This document shows positions 13,088-25,870 of a DNA stretch of 64,000 nt, one piece after another. Position 1 is the first letter of the stretch. Every line of letters starts with the position of its first letter. The notes beneath the pieces are model-generated. The model was not told the origin of the DNA and made no database searches. It worked only from the letters and a program-made list of their open reading frames with translations. The DNA is from Octopus vulgaris. Lineage: Eukaryota. The stretch is taken from NCBI GenBank assembly GCA_951406725.2, contig OX597836.1, positions 42,470,001-42,534,000 on the forward strand. The letters are read 5' to 3'. The translations under genes and the position numbers were made by a program.

Positions 13088-14295
13088 ACAGGTCAAGAGG
13101 GAAATATCTTTATCATGATTTCCTTATTGACAGAACAAAAAGTGGAATGGCAAAAGAGAAGTTTTAGATTCGATTTTGAGGAAGAGAAATTCAGCTTCTA
13201 CAACACCCACCTTCTAGTGAGAGGGTTAAACATCGAACGATACAGTTTCTTGTGAAGTTATGACTGCATATGTGTTTCAAGAAAAATGCAGAAAATGTAT
13301 AAACAGTCATTTAGAAACGAATAAATACTTGTTAAAAACAGGTCAAGAGAGTGAAATAGTTCATGCAGGCTTGGCGTGGATTCGATCCTTGATCGCCAAA
13401 TTTAATTTAACAGTTCAACAGCACTTTTCTCACGGCAAAACAATGGTTTTTCTGTGAGTGACAGCAGTTACATTTGCCAGATACCATCGCTAAGCAACGA
13501 AATCTATTTTTCTCAACAATGTGTCTATCCTTCTGTCTGGTTTTGGATAGTTATAAAAACAAGAACTCCGCAAGCGAAAGTCAGTTAGTGAGAACCGAGT
13601 CTGGCTGACCGGCTGAACAAACTCACCAACGAAGCAGTTGTTTCGTCCCACCACTCTCCCTTTCACTAACTCACCTTCTTTTCTTTGTAACATTACCATC
13701 TCTCTCTATATATACTACTATGAGATCGTGTACACATCTACCGGCCGAAATTAAACTCTTTTTACCTTGCATGCTTTTCTATTTAACCAGTTATACATAC
13801 CAACCTGTCGTGGTTTTGGATATATATTAATGTAAAGGTAAATAAATATCTCATTACAACTTCAATCTCTGTTCTTCTCCCATTTTGCACACAGGCAACC
13901 AACACCTTAACAATAACCGTTACAATTGCTGACCCTCGACTGCAACGAAGTACTAACCGTTACAAGAGGGAAATACCTTAATCATGGTTCCCTTATTGAC
14001 AGAACCATAGGTCGAATGGCAAGAGAGAAGTTTTAGATTGGAACTTCGATTCTCAACCAAGAAGAGAAAATCAGTTCCTACAACTCTCACCTTCTAGTGA
14101 GAGAGTTAAAAATCGAATGATACAGGTGCTTGTGAAGTTATGACTGCATATGTGTTTCAGGGAAAATTCAGAAAAGGGATATACAGTCATTCACAAACGA
14201 ATGAATACTTGTCAAAAACAGGTCACGAGAGAAATACATTAATCATGGTTCCCTTATTGAGAGAACAATAAGTGGAATGGCAAGAGAGAAGTTAA
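13088..14295. repeat. About 260-bp degenerate tandem repeat (about 2.3 units) split by a solo LTR
   Basis: 13088-13351 aligns with 13965-14230; a third partial unit starts near 14220. Confidence 0.75.
13352..13964 (+). mobile_element. Probable solo LTR with 4-bp TSD (AGAG)
   Basis: TG...CA termini, AGAG on both sides, internal TATAAAA near 13552; interrupts the 260-bp repeat. Confidence 0.6.
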
Positions 14296-14764
14296 TCATC
14301 ATCAGTAGATGTTTTGGGTTTAGCACAAAAAATAGGTGGGCGTCAAAAGTGTTCTGTATGTTCTCATGAAAAACTCTCTCTTAAAAAGCTTGAGTACCTC
14401 CATTGAATACATAAATTCGTGGAACAATTCCGACATTTGGGACGCTTGACTGGTCTGTAGAAGAAATCCACTGCATAGACATTAACATCCGCAAGGTTCT
14501 GGATGTCAACCAGAAATCTCCACAGAAATTGTGATATCGACAGGTTTCTCTACCTGGGAAGAGATAAAGGAGGTAGGCGTTTGAGATCCGTGCATACAGC
14601 ATTTGAAATGTCACATAGTCTGTCTGATAGCACTTGCTAAGCAACATTATAAACACTAGAGAGATAAAGGAAAGATATGCTCAGAAAGTGATAGACAGAT
14701 AGATAGATGTGGATAGAGTGCTCTTGACAGTGGTGAGGGGAATCATGTCAGATGAAAGAGAGAG

Positions 14765-14807
<43 letters not shown>

Positions 14808-15340
14808 TGAAAATAAACAGAGGGAATGGAGCGAGATAGGGAGGATAAAGGGCAACGAGTCAACAGCATGTGACTAACAAATTATATAGAACACTTGAGT
14901 CGATAAAGTAATTAGACTGTAAATGGGAGGGGGAAATTATCCACCTCGATATTCATTCAGTTTATAGTTTTAGTGAAGAAATGAGGGAGAAAAATTCGGT
15001 TTTTCCACATTTTTATCAACCGCTGTTGTTAAAAATTGGAGAAGATAACTTATCTAGGCACATTGGATTATATAGCCATAGATACACAGTGTTTTAAAAT
15101 AAGAGGTGGTGGTCACAGCTAAGACGTCTATTTGAACATATGGGTCTGCTTGTTCAGGATTGAAGGGAGTTTAAAGGACATCAACGTCAGGAGCAGGTGA
15201 TTATTATTTTAAATATCTTTTATTTGTTTCAGTCGCTGTGGCCATGCTGTACACTTCCCCTCAAAATAGCATAGAAATGTCAGTTCAATAGCCATTTTGT
15301 AAGCCTTGCAGTGAGCGTGTGTGTGAGAGAGAGAGAGAGG

Positions 15341-15401
<61 letters not shown>

Positions 15402-16552
15402 GGAGGGAGAAATTTGCAAACAATGAATGAAATAAACATGAAACGGAAAAGTCGTATAAATAAAAGGGCCTTACTACAGATGTATACGCCCCCGATTTTG
15501 TTGCCCCATGATATCACAGCTAAGACGTCTATTTGAACCTATGGGTCTGCTTGTTCGGGATTGAAGGGAGTTTAAAGGACATCAACATCAGGAGCAGGTG
15601 ATTATTATTTTAAATATCTTTTATTTGTTTCAGTCATTGGACCGCGACCATGTTGTACACACACACACAAAACACCATATTCCAACCACGCCTACCCCCC
15701 TCTGGTAGGCAACATCCTCTCTCCTCCAACATGGACTAACTCCAACAGGGAGATGGATGAAGCTCTACCACAGTGGGGAGAGAGCTGGGTTTGTCAGTTC
15801 CGGTTAGAGGGGAGGATAGACAGAAACAGAGAGTGTGGGACAATCTGCATTCAGGTGCCACTTTCAACTCTCACTCCTTAATCAATCTGATCAATTTTCA
15901 AGGGATCGCCTACTCTCTGCTGGTGCAAAATTCTCGGGGGACTCGATTGATGCTCTGCCTGCGTCCAACATTGGAGATCAACTCCCTCACATTCATTCAT
16001 TGCCTTTCATTTGTTTGTATGTATATCAATGTGTGTGCGCGAGTGTGTCACTGTTGAAGTCGCACGTGTGTCGCGAGTGTGTCAATGTTGGCTTAGTGGT
16101 ACAAAGTGTTTGGAAACTGAGAATACGATGCAAGTTTCAAGTACATGTCGGTAACTTCTTTCTCCTTATCTTCTAATAGTAATCACCCAACTTTCTCTCT
16201 CGTCTCACAGCTATCCCGCGTTCAAAAACTGTACAGCTATTTTTTTTAAAATTTTCATTCAATAGATAATTAATTACGTACACATTAATAGAATAATAAA
16301 TGATCTTTTCTACTCTTGGAACAAGGCCCGAAATTTTTGGGGAAGGGGGCCAGTCGATTAGATCGATCACAGTGCGCAACTGGTATTTAATTCATCTTAC
16401 CGACCCCGAAAGCATGAAAGGCAAAGTCGACCTCGGCGGAATTTGAACTCAGACAGACAGACACACATTCCCAATTTTATATATCAAGATTTCAGCTTTC
16501 TGAATAGAGTCGTTATTAGACGGTTTCACCACGCGAGACCACGACCATCTAA

Positions 16553-16629
<77 letters not shown>

Positions 16630-16632
<3 letters not shown>

Positions 16633-17995
16633 ATAAAACGGTAAGATAACAAAAGAAAGAAAGAGACCTCAATATTATGTAAATAGAGGAAATTTATCTA
16701 TACAATATGTTACATTACTCGGTAGTCAAGATAAAACTCTGAGTTTCAGATGCCGAAGTGGAAATCCACAACACCATCTCTTCGGTTATCTGGCTATTTG
16801 AAAACGTTATGAAAAAATACCGTTAAAAATGAAGGGAAATTACTCTGTTATAACTCTGCTTTGCCTGCGTACTTATACATCGCTCGCATTTTTCGTCATA
16901 AAAATTATATAAAAATACATAAAAATATATAAAAATATATAAAAATATATAAAAATATATAAAATCTTCTTGGGACATAACACAGAAAGCATGTTCTATC
17001 CGTTTTCTTTAGGGGACCAAAAACGTAACAGAAATTTAGTCACATGTGGGCATGATCCGAAAAGTTCTGTCCTTGTATTTAGACATGTGGTAGGGTCTAA
17101 GCTGCTTTTCCAGATAAGCCATCTCTCCATGTCGCATAAACCGCACCTTCCGCTGCCGTTAGTATAGGGCTTACATCTGGCCAAAATCTTCCATTGTATG
17201 TTATAATCGACACCTTTATCTCTTAAAGACCAAATATGATTGGATAATTGTGTCGCTTTTCTTTTGTTCCAGTGCCTAAAGCTCAAAGTGTGGTTATTGA
17301 ACCTGGCCTTGAAATTACCCTCTGTCAGGCCCACGTATTTCTTCGTCAAAACGGTGTCTTTAGTGGTTATAGAGTTTACGGTAGCTTCATATATGATGGT
17401 CTTGGACATGCAAGCTCCATTTAGCGGGCACAATTCTTTATTCCTGCATGAACAGCTGTTTTCTTCTTGTGTTTTTTGTATGTTATGATTGATTATGTTT
17501 TTAAAATTGGTAGTTGAACTAAAACTAATTTTTAAATTGTGTCTATTGAAGAGTTTCCTATAAGCATGGTTAACTGGAAAATGTCTATCTATCAGTGCTA
17601 GGAAATATTTACCTATATTGAAGGCCACCTCGGGTGAGTAAGGGGGCGTAAACCAGATGACCTTCCTATTTCTATTATTCCTTTTCCTTATTGTTGGGCT
17701 GGTGATAGGTGTATATTTTATTTTTTCGCTAAAACCACTATCTTTTAAAGCTTTATTATAAACTGGGGCAACGCTATTGAAGATGTCCTCATTAGATGAG
17801 AGGCTAGAAATCCTCTTACTAATATTTTTAACTAAATTTTTGAATACTATAGGGGGATGGCATGAACCTACATTAATATAACTTAGTCTATCATTGGGCT
17901 TCCTATAAGGCTTATAAATATTATTATTAAGATCTAAGGAAACGTCTAAGAAATTGACAACCGTCAGGTTAGTGTCTATAGTTAGTGTCTATAGT
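16630..17995 (-). mobile_element. Penelope-like element, 5'-truncated: RT thumb, GIY-YIG endonuclease and terminal region
   Basis: VNFLDV...YRKP...S.HPP, then IIYEAT...KYVGLTEGNFKARFNNH and CGLC..E motifs; hammerhead-like motif at 16729-16791. Confidence 0.9.
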
Positions 17996-19089
17996 TATTG
18001 AGGAAGACAGCTGCAAAACAGACAGTGAAGACATATAGGTTCGGGGTGGGGGCTACCGCAGTGGCGTCTCAGTCCTGTTCAGACTTCAGTTCCTACTCTG
18101 AGTGCGATGGATATGTGGAGTTCATCTAGACTGAGTAGACCCCCAATGTTGGCCACAGGCAAGGCATCAATCCAGTCCCCTGAGAATTTTGCACAAGCTG
18201 AAAGTAGGCGACACCTTGAAAATTAATCAGATTGATCAAGGAGAAAGTTGAGAGAGGCACCTAAATGCTGATTGTCCCATATTCTCTGTTTCTGTCTATC
18301 CTCCCCTCTAACCGGAACTGACAAACCCAGCTCTCTCCCCACTGTGATAGAGCTTCATCCATCTCCCTGTTGGAAATAATCCACGTTGGAGAGGAGAGGC
18401 TGTTTCCCAGCGAAGGGGAGCAAACATGGATGGAGGAAAGAAAGAAGGAGAGAGATAAAGCCAAGCACTTGCGGAGACCCAGACCACCAAACCTTTTGTG
18501 CAAAGCAGCTTAATTGCAGGAGTCTGGAAGGAGTTTGACATTGACCAAGCATTCAAATTTCCCGAAGCATTCAAATCTCGCAGTCAGTGGTCCGACCCCA
18601 CCAAACATCTCGAACGTCACAGGATCGAAAATGTATTTGGCCGACAGATCGCGATGTTTCAGGATTTTGTTCCACTCGGTCGCAGAAGTTGTGGATCTCA
18701 TCCTGACCGCAGCATCCAGAATGCGAGAAGAAGCAAATGAGTCGCTAACTGTGACATCCTAGACAAGTCATCTGCCTTGCGACCAGGAGCACAGGGTGAG
18801 GCCGTCAGGTCTCTTCCCATCAGACTATATATATATATATTTATTTATTGCCCACAAGGGGCTAAACATAGAGGGGACAAACAAGGACAGACGAAGGGAT
18901 TAAGTCGATTACATCGACTCCAGTGCATAACTGGTACTTAATTTATCGACCTCGAAAGGATAGAAGGCAAAGTCGACCTCGGTGGAATTTGAACTCAGAA
19001 CGTAAAGACAGACGAAATACCGCTATGCATTTCGCCCGGAGTGCTAACGTTTCTGCCAGCTCGCCGCCTATATATAGATACAGATATAC

Positions 19090-19496
19090 TCTTTTACTCT
19101 TTTACTTGTTTCAGTCATTTGACTGCGGCCATGCTGGAGCACCGCCTTTAGTCGAGCAAATCGACCACGGGACTTATTCTTTGTAAGCCCAGTACTTATT
19201 CTATCGGTCTCTTTTGCCGAAGCGCTAAGTGACGGGGACGTAAACACACCAGCATCGGTTGTCAAGCGATGTTGTGTGTGGGGGGGGGACACAGACACAC
19301 AAACATATACACACACACACACACATATATATACATATATACAACAGGCTTCTTTCAGTTTCCATCTACCAAATCCACTCACAAGGCTTTGGTCGGCCCG
19401 AGGCTATAGCAGAAGACACTTGCCCAAGATGCCACGCAGTGGGACTGAACCCGGAACCGTGTGGTTGGTTAGCAAGCTACTTACCACACAGCCACA
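19090..19496 (-). mobile_element. SINE (family also at 41800-42190, 44010-44425, 30760-30920)
   Basis: GGCGCAGGAGTGGCTGTGTGGTAAGTAGCTTGCT head with a conserved body and tail in multiple copies. Confidence 0.85.
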
Positions 19497-19970
19497 TAGA
19501 TATAGATACTATATATAGATACACGTACACTCAGAATGAAACATTATCTCGTGTTCATTTTTGGGCAATAATACTTTACACTCGAGTGTATTTACACTAG
19601 ATAAATATCACCGTCTCCTTCTCTTTGTCTGTCTCTCTCTCTCTGTCTCTGACTGTCTGTCTTTCTGTCTCACTCTCTTTCTCTTTCTCTCTCTCACTCT
19701 GCCTCTCTCCATTTGTAGAATTGTGCAAATATACTGATATCTCATATCTCATATTTTAACCTGTGTGAAATTCCAGTTGCGTGTACTTCCGTCCCCATTA
19801 TCAATGCTGATACACGCATACACGCACGCACACACACGAACATACAAGTATGCACACGCACACATGAGCACACGTACATATAGTCGTACATTCACACATG
19901 CATATATACATACACACACACACCTATACATACATACATACATACATACATACATACATACATACATACA

Positions 19971-20001
<31 letters not shown>

Positions 20002-20512
20002 CATTAGAATTTTTCTTCTGCCCTTATCTTGTAAATTATTTATAAATTTAACCTTTAAAGGTATTTTTTGATATGCTGGCCAATGGTAAAAAATTTTTCC
20101 CGAAAAAAATTTTATCCTACATTAGTTATAAATTGAATAGTGTTCACTTCCGGATTCTATCCCTCTGTGAAAGTTTCTAGTTCGAATCACACGTGTCTCG
20201 AGATGTGTCGAAGATTTTTCTATTTTGGATATATTTGGGGTACTTAGTTCTGCTCGGGACTTAGTGCTTGCTTTTTCCATGGGTATGAGTTAGTATTTCA
20301 CTTATATCTCGCGTATTTGCCGCTGAAGAGGGGAAAATTTCTTACGAATTAACCCCGAAATTGGACCAATACGGTAATAACGAATTTTTTAGAAATTTCT
20401 ATCGGTTTGTTTCGAGACACATAAATTATAATGGTTTATTGACAATTATTGTCTTTTTTTCGGCATATTTGGCATTAGAATTTTTCTTTTGCTCTTATCT
20501 TGTAAATTATTT
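20002..20512 (+). mobile_element. Penelope pseudo-LTR-like unit with terminal direct repeat and hammerhead motif
   Basis: About 40-bp direct repeat CATTAGAATTTTTCTT...CTTATCTTGTAAATTATTTA at 20002 and 20474, flanked by microsatellites. Confidence 0.55.
20317..20377 (+). ncRNA. Type I hammerhead ribozyme motif
   Basis: TTGCCG-CTGAAGA-GGGG...CCCC-GAAA-TTGGACCAA-TA-CGGTAA: all three stems and the catalytic core are intact. Confidence 0.8.
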
Positions 20513-20513
20513 A

Positions 20514-20549
<36 letters not shown>

Positions 20550-22973
20550 TATTTATATATATATAATATAAATACTATATAAATATATGCATATATAAAT
20601 ACATATATGTACATATCTACATATATATGTGTATATACATGCATCTATGGGCACAGGACATCAAACAAACCTAGACACAATGAGAAACGAGAGCATAAAA
20701 AACAAAAAAAAAATAGAAAAAGAACTTTTTTCGAACAACGAAAAAAACAAACAGAGAAACGAGACATGCGACATAAAGAACATTCCCTTCATCAGTTGTC
20801 CCCTGTTTTATCTACACCACGATTCGAAGGTAAGGACAAGATGCGACTTCATTAAAACAGTCCTTCCCGCAAGGCAAATTAAATTATAATTTGGGATTTT
20901 TTTGTGGAGGGTGAAAGTGGTAACAAAAGCAGGACAGTGAGAACAAAACAGTAACAACAACTGGTGAGGGTTGTTAAGCCAAAACGATGTAAAGTGGTGA
21001 TCGCTGGAAAATGGGCTTTGAGAAGAGACAGATAAAAGCACTTCTTGTCTTTAGGAAGGAAGTGGAAGAAAGAGAGAATGGCCGTTGGTCACGTGTGAGC
21101 AACGAGAATGTCAAGGAGGAAGAGTGAGAGAGAGGGAGAACGGTGAAGAGGAAAGGAGAAGAATAGGGCATGGGTGGGAGAGAAAAACAGAAAGAAAGAA
21201 CAAGAGAGGGAGATAGATAGACAGAAAATTCCGTAGGGCATCCCCATGGTCCAACGTCCTGTCCCCTCCGAACAATGCAGCAAAGTGCTTGTGAAAGACC
21301 TTGCACATTGCCCTTCGATTTCCTGTCCATGTTCATTTGTCACAGACCTAATTGTAGCATCCACGCCACGTTGAGTTTCTACCGAGCGAACCCACCCGGT
21401 AACGTTGATACCCTCGCCACCCAATGCACGTACCTTAGCCCGAACTCTGCATCCTTCGTGTTTCACATTACATTGAGGTGTCGGTCTAAGGCCGATCTCG
21501 CCGCTAAAATTTGGGATGCAGAGCCCACCCTCAGCGCCTCTTCTAATGCCTTAACTAAGCTTCTTTCTACTCTCTTCTTCTCTAAACTTAACTGTTTACT
21601 AAATCTAAGTGACTCAGTACAAATGGCTCTTTTGAGGGCTCCTCACCACCAGTTATTTAACACAGTGCCGGTCTCTTCAAGGACTGTTTGCAAACACTTT
21701 TGTCCTGTTGTAGAAAGACACCATGCCAGACATTATATATCCAACAAAACATTACACATTTTATATAACTTAAATGAATTTTCTGATAATGTGAGAATAG
21801 CATATATCCCCATGGATCTGGGATAGCTAACTTCAAAGTTAGGGTTACATATATTATGTGTATTATATTATATTATTGGGTATATTATCGAGGTATATTA
21901 TCTGAGAAGAGCTTTTAGACAACTTATGAAAGCAATTGACAGGAAGTATAAGCCTACAGTTAGACTTCTGGAAGTTCAGCCTAATGGATGGTGTGAGTAA
22001 CATACCTGTGTCACACAACACACACATACAATGGGTTTCTTTCTGTTCCGGTCGACCAAATCTACTCACAATACTTTGGTTCAGGCTGAGGCAATAGTAG
22101 AAGATACTTGCCCAAGGTGTCATGCTATAGGACAGAACCCTCACTCTATATAATTGAGAAACTAACGTCTTGACCATCGAGTTATTTAGTAGGTAATTTA
22201 CTCACTTCTAAGAATCCAGTCCAACACCTACTTTAATTTTCAAAGGATTAAGGATTCGTTTTTAGAATCTTCTTGCTTCTGCTCTTAATGACCTGTAGGG
22301 ACACTATATATCTTTAAGCAACCGCAATATACAACGAAATATATTAAATGCTTTTATAAGTCAATACTGTTTTCTCCTGTGTTAGCAGTACTATTAAATC
22401 ACACGTTAAAGTCATCTCTAAAGATTTCCTTAAGAAATTATAGCCAGCACTCATTTGCTTCAGATACAAAAATGTCATAATAAACCACTGCTGGTTACAA
22501 TTTTCTCCTGAAAATCTAAAGAGATAACCGTAACGAGCTCTTACTTTTGTTTCCAGTCATACTAATGTTTTTTGGTTTCAGTTTCAAAGATGTAAAGAAA
22601 ACTTCCAAGATATCCAGCACGACCATTACTCATTTTACTCTTGATCTAACAAAATCAGTTCCTTGATTAATTAACAATCTATCTGGGACACAAGCAATTC
22701 AACAGCAGAATCCTCTACGACTTCTTCGAACCCTCCATCATTTGCAAGTGTCCCATCACCTAAGTTTGATGTAGACTTTATACAAGTGGAAAATTTATAA
22801 AATTTTATTTTTCTAATCATCATACATAGTTGAGGGTTCCACTTTATCCCATGACACAACAATTATATCTTCTGTTTATCTTCACCAGAATTCCAGCTTT
22901 TGAAAATTCAGAAAGACGAAAGAAATTTCTAAATTATCAGTATGGCAACACCATATCGATTACCCCCAATTAC

Positions 22974-23120
22974 ATGAGACAGCAAGGCAATTCTGGCAGA
23001 CACTTTGTTGGACGACATGATGAGAGGGAAAAACTGAAGATCTTGATCAAGGATGAAGATACTCAAATAATACAAGTTTATGGACTGCCTTATGTTGGCA
23101 AAACAAGTCTTGTGAAAACT
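22974..23120 (+). CDS. NB-ARC/STAND-TPR gene copy B, coding exon 1 (FVGR motif, Walker A GLPYVGKT); the ATG at 22942 is out of frame through a 1-bp deletion
   Basis: Acceptor at 22581/22582, GT donor at 23121 (phase 0); C5 run where A and C have C6; the next in-frame ATG is at 22974 (MRQQGNSG...). Confidence 0.8.
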
Positions 23121-24297
23121 GTAAGAAATTTACTATTGTTTTCTCATTTTTTTACGTTAACCTTATTGCATTTTGCGTTTCTGTAGGTTATTAGGGATCC
23201 TTGAGGTTTTACAGTTAAGTTACTGACTAAAGAGAAAAGCATTTCTGGTTCAATCGCATACAATGGCAGTCACTGAAGTCTTTGTACCGTTTGGTGAGTT
23301 GGTGGTTGACCTATGATCAAAGGTATTTCTCTTGTAACCATTCTGTCTATGGCAAATATTATATTATTTAATGTATCCTGTCCTATGTTATGAAGAAGGT
23401 GGGCAGTTTGAGAGAGGTTTGACTGCTTTATATATTATGTATGTAAGTGAGTGGGTGGGTAGGTAGGTATGTAGGTAGGTAGGTAGGTAAGTAGGTAGGT
23501 AGGTATGTAGGTAGGTAGGTAGGTAGGTAGGTAGGCAGGCAGGCAGGTGTGTATATGTGTGTTTGTGTGTGTGTGTCTGTACGTATGCAACTGTGAGCGT
23601 GAGTATGTTTGCATCTCCTCGGCTTGACATTGTAGATTTCTTGTAAATGAATGTCGTTAACTTCCAATATTACTTGGAGATTTCCTATAGAGAAATATTT
23701 CCTTGGAAACAAGTAAGTTCGGTTTCAGCAATGGAATCTGGCTGTAGAGAGTCTGCCAGTTTGACTGAAAACTGGTAAGCTGGGGAGCTGCACCAGGTTC
23801 CAATCTAATTTGACATGGTTTCTACAGATGGATGCCCCTCCTAACACCAACCACTGCAAGAGTGTAAGGGGTGTTTTTACGTGCCAGTTACGAAACCCCA
23901 GCATCAGCCATGACTACGACCTCACTTGACTTGAAAGATCTCTCAAGCACAAGAATAATTAATTGACTGACAGAGAGTCAGAGAGGTAGATGAAATAAGA
24001 GATGGATAGTAAAAGAGATGAAGCAACTGTGTAATTAATAGAAAGATAATTAAAGAGATTGAATGGCAAAGTGACAAACTGTTATCCAGAAAGATACTTA
24101 GACAAACTGTAAGATGAATATAAAGGAATATAAAGGATACCCTGAACTAATGCATAGATAAAAGAATAGACAAAGAGACAGTTATTGAGATTATAAAGTC
24201 AGACAGAGAAAGAGACAAAGTGAGAGACCGATAAATTGATAAGTGAATCTATGGAAACCTTTGAACTTGTTCTAATGTTATGTTTCTAATATGACAG

Positions 24298-25323
24298 GTC
24301 TGTCAAGAATTGAAGGATGAAATCAACCCCGCAAGACTCCACATAAAACACATCCATATTTCTAATAATAGCAGTTGGTCTGATATTTCCAACATGTACA
24401 ATACATTCACCAATTGTTCCAGTATCACCAACACGAAATGGAAAATTTGTATTTTTGATGATTTCCAGAACATTCAAGAAAGCTTCCTTCCAGGTTTCCA
24501 GGAGCTTTGCGACAATGACTTTCCACTGCACCCAAATCTAAAAATCATTCTCATATTAAGTGGTGGAGAACCATTTCAGTTTGATGGAATCAGGTTTGGA
24601 AAGTGTAAAGTGAGTCCATTGTCCATTGGAGATGCCCAGCTTCTTTTCGGTCGCTGTTCAGACATTGAGACGGATGATGAGAACAAAGAACAAATACACA
24701 ACATCATCAGATATGCCTGTGGCCTGCCAGGACTTCTTATTTACTTTGCAGAAAAAATCTCCCAGTTTCATCATCATTTCTCTTTTAATGATATCTACAA
24801 AATGATTTGTGATGAAACCAAGCTCAATGACTGGCTGGACGAATGTACAATTAACAGACGTAATATTAAGCAAGAAATGGACAAGTACTTTTCTCAACTC
24901 TCTCACGAACAGCAAGATGCTATCAAAGTGCTTTCATATTTTCCTGGAAGATTTGGTATTGAGGAAGCTGTTGAAATGACTGGTTCTTCTAGTCAACCAG
25001 CTTCAATGATACGTGTTCTGATGCCGCTTGTTGAACAAGGTTTGATCAGTTCAGATTTAGAATTACAGAATTTCCAAGTACAAGAATTAGTACGTGTACT
25101 TTCTATGCAACAGATTGACAATGTACACAGCAATGATTTGGTAAAGCTCAAATATACAAACATTATCGGGAAAAGTTTGATGAAGGCTCAAGATATTTAT
25201 GATAAAGGCCTCATATATGAAGCACTTGGAATAATGAAGAATAACTGGGAAAATATTTCATTTATCTTGAAGAAAGGGATTGAAGCACCCTCAGATGGTA
25301 GGACATATGGAGTTTATTATGAG
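24298..25323 (+). CDS. Copy B coding exon 2: NB-ARC core (Walker B ICIFDD, GLP motif CGLPG, winged-helix region) and first helical repeats
   Basis: CAG|GTC TGT CAA acceptor, 1026-nt open frame, GAG|GTAAGA donor; joins exon 1 as GKTSLVKT-VCQELK, typical of STAND P-loop domains. Confidence 0.9.
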
Positions 25324-25524
25324 GTAAGATATTTTCTCCAAGTCAGTCTTTCATGTGTCACATTTTTGTTGAACCTGTGTTATATCGTCCATTGGTTTTC
25401 AGTTGAGGACCACATGACCCATAGAGGTCCATACACGAGTTTGCTGTTGTTAAAATATATCAGTAAGAAATTGTTTATACTTCGAAAATACACAAATTAT
25501 TTCAATAATTTTTAAATACAAATC

Positions 25525-25870
25525 TTAATAATAGATAAAGCAGCTATCCGAGTTGACAGTAGATAAAGCTATTAAAAGTATGAAGACAGGGAAAGCCCCC
25601 GGCTCATCGGGAATCACTGCAGAGATGCTCAAAATATCTGGCAGTGTCGGATCTAGCCTGGTCACCCGTATAGATAACCAGGTGATACACGAAGGAGTCA
25701 TATCCAATGACTGGTGTAGCAGCATAATAGTCAACTGCTACAAAGGTATAGGTGACGCCTTAGATACAAATAATTACAGAGGTATCAAGCTGTTGGATCA
25801 GGTAATGAAGGTCACGGAGAAGATCATAGCCCAACTAATTAGGGAGAGGGTCAGTTTGGATGAGATGTAA
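25525..25870 (+). mobile_element. RTE-type LINE reverse transcriptase fragment
   Basis: AIKSMKTGKAPGSSGITAEMLK...W..S.I...YKG.GD...NYRGIKLL. Confidence 0.85.

Noticed and set aside
21275-21826. 183-aa ORF upstream of copy B
   Set aside because: Absent from A and C, no recognisable domain, embedded in a probable retroelement fragment (about 20660-21760)
24400-24660. A/G differences between B and C resembling genomically fixed A-to-I edits
   Set aside because: Few sites, occurring in both directions; ordinary transition bias suffices
24286-24915. Antisense ORFs conserved between B and C (also 28250-28447 and 59919-60116)
   Set aside because: Shadows of the sense-strand exons; conservation is explained by recent duplication
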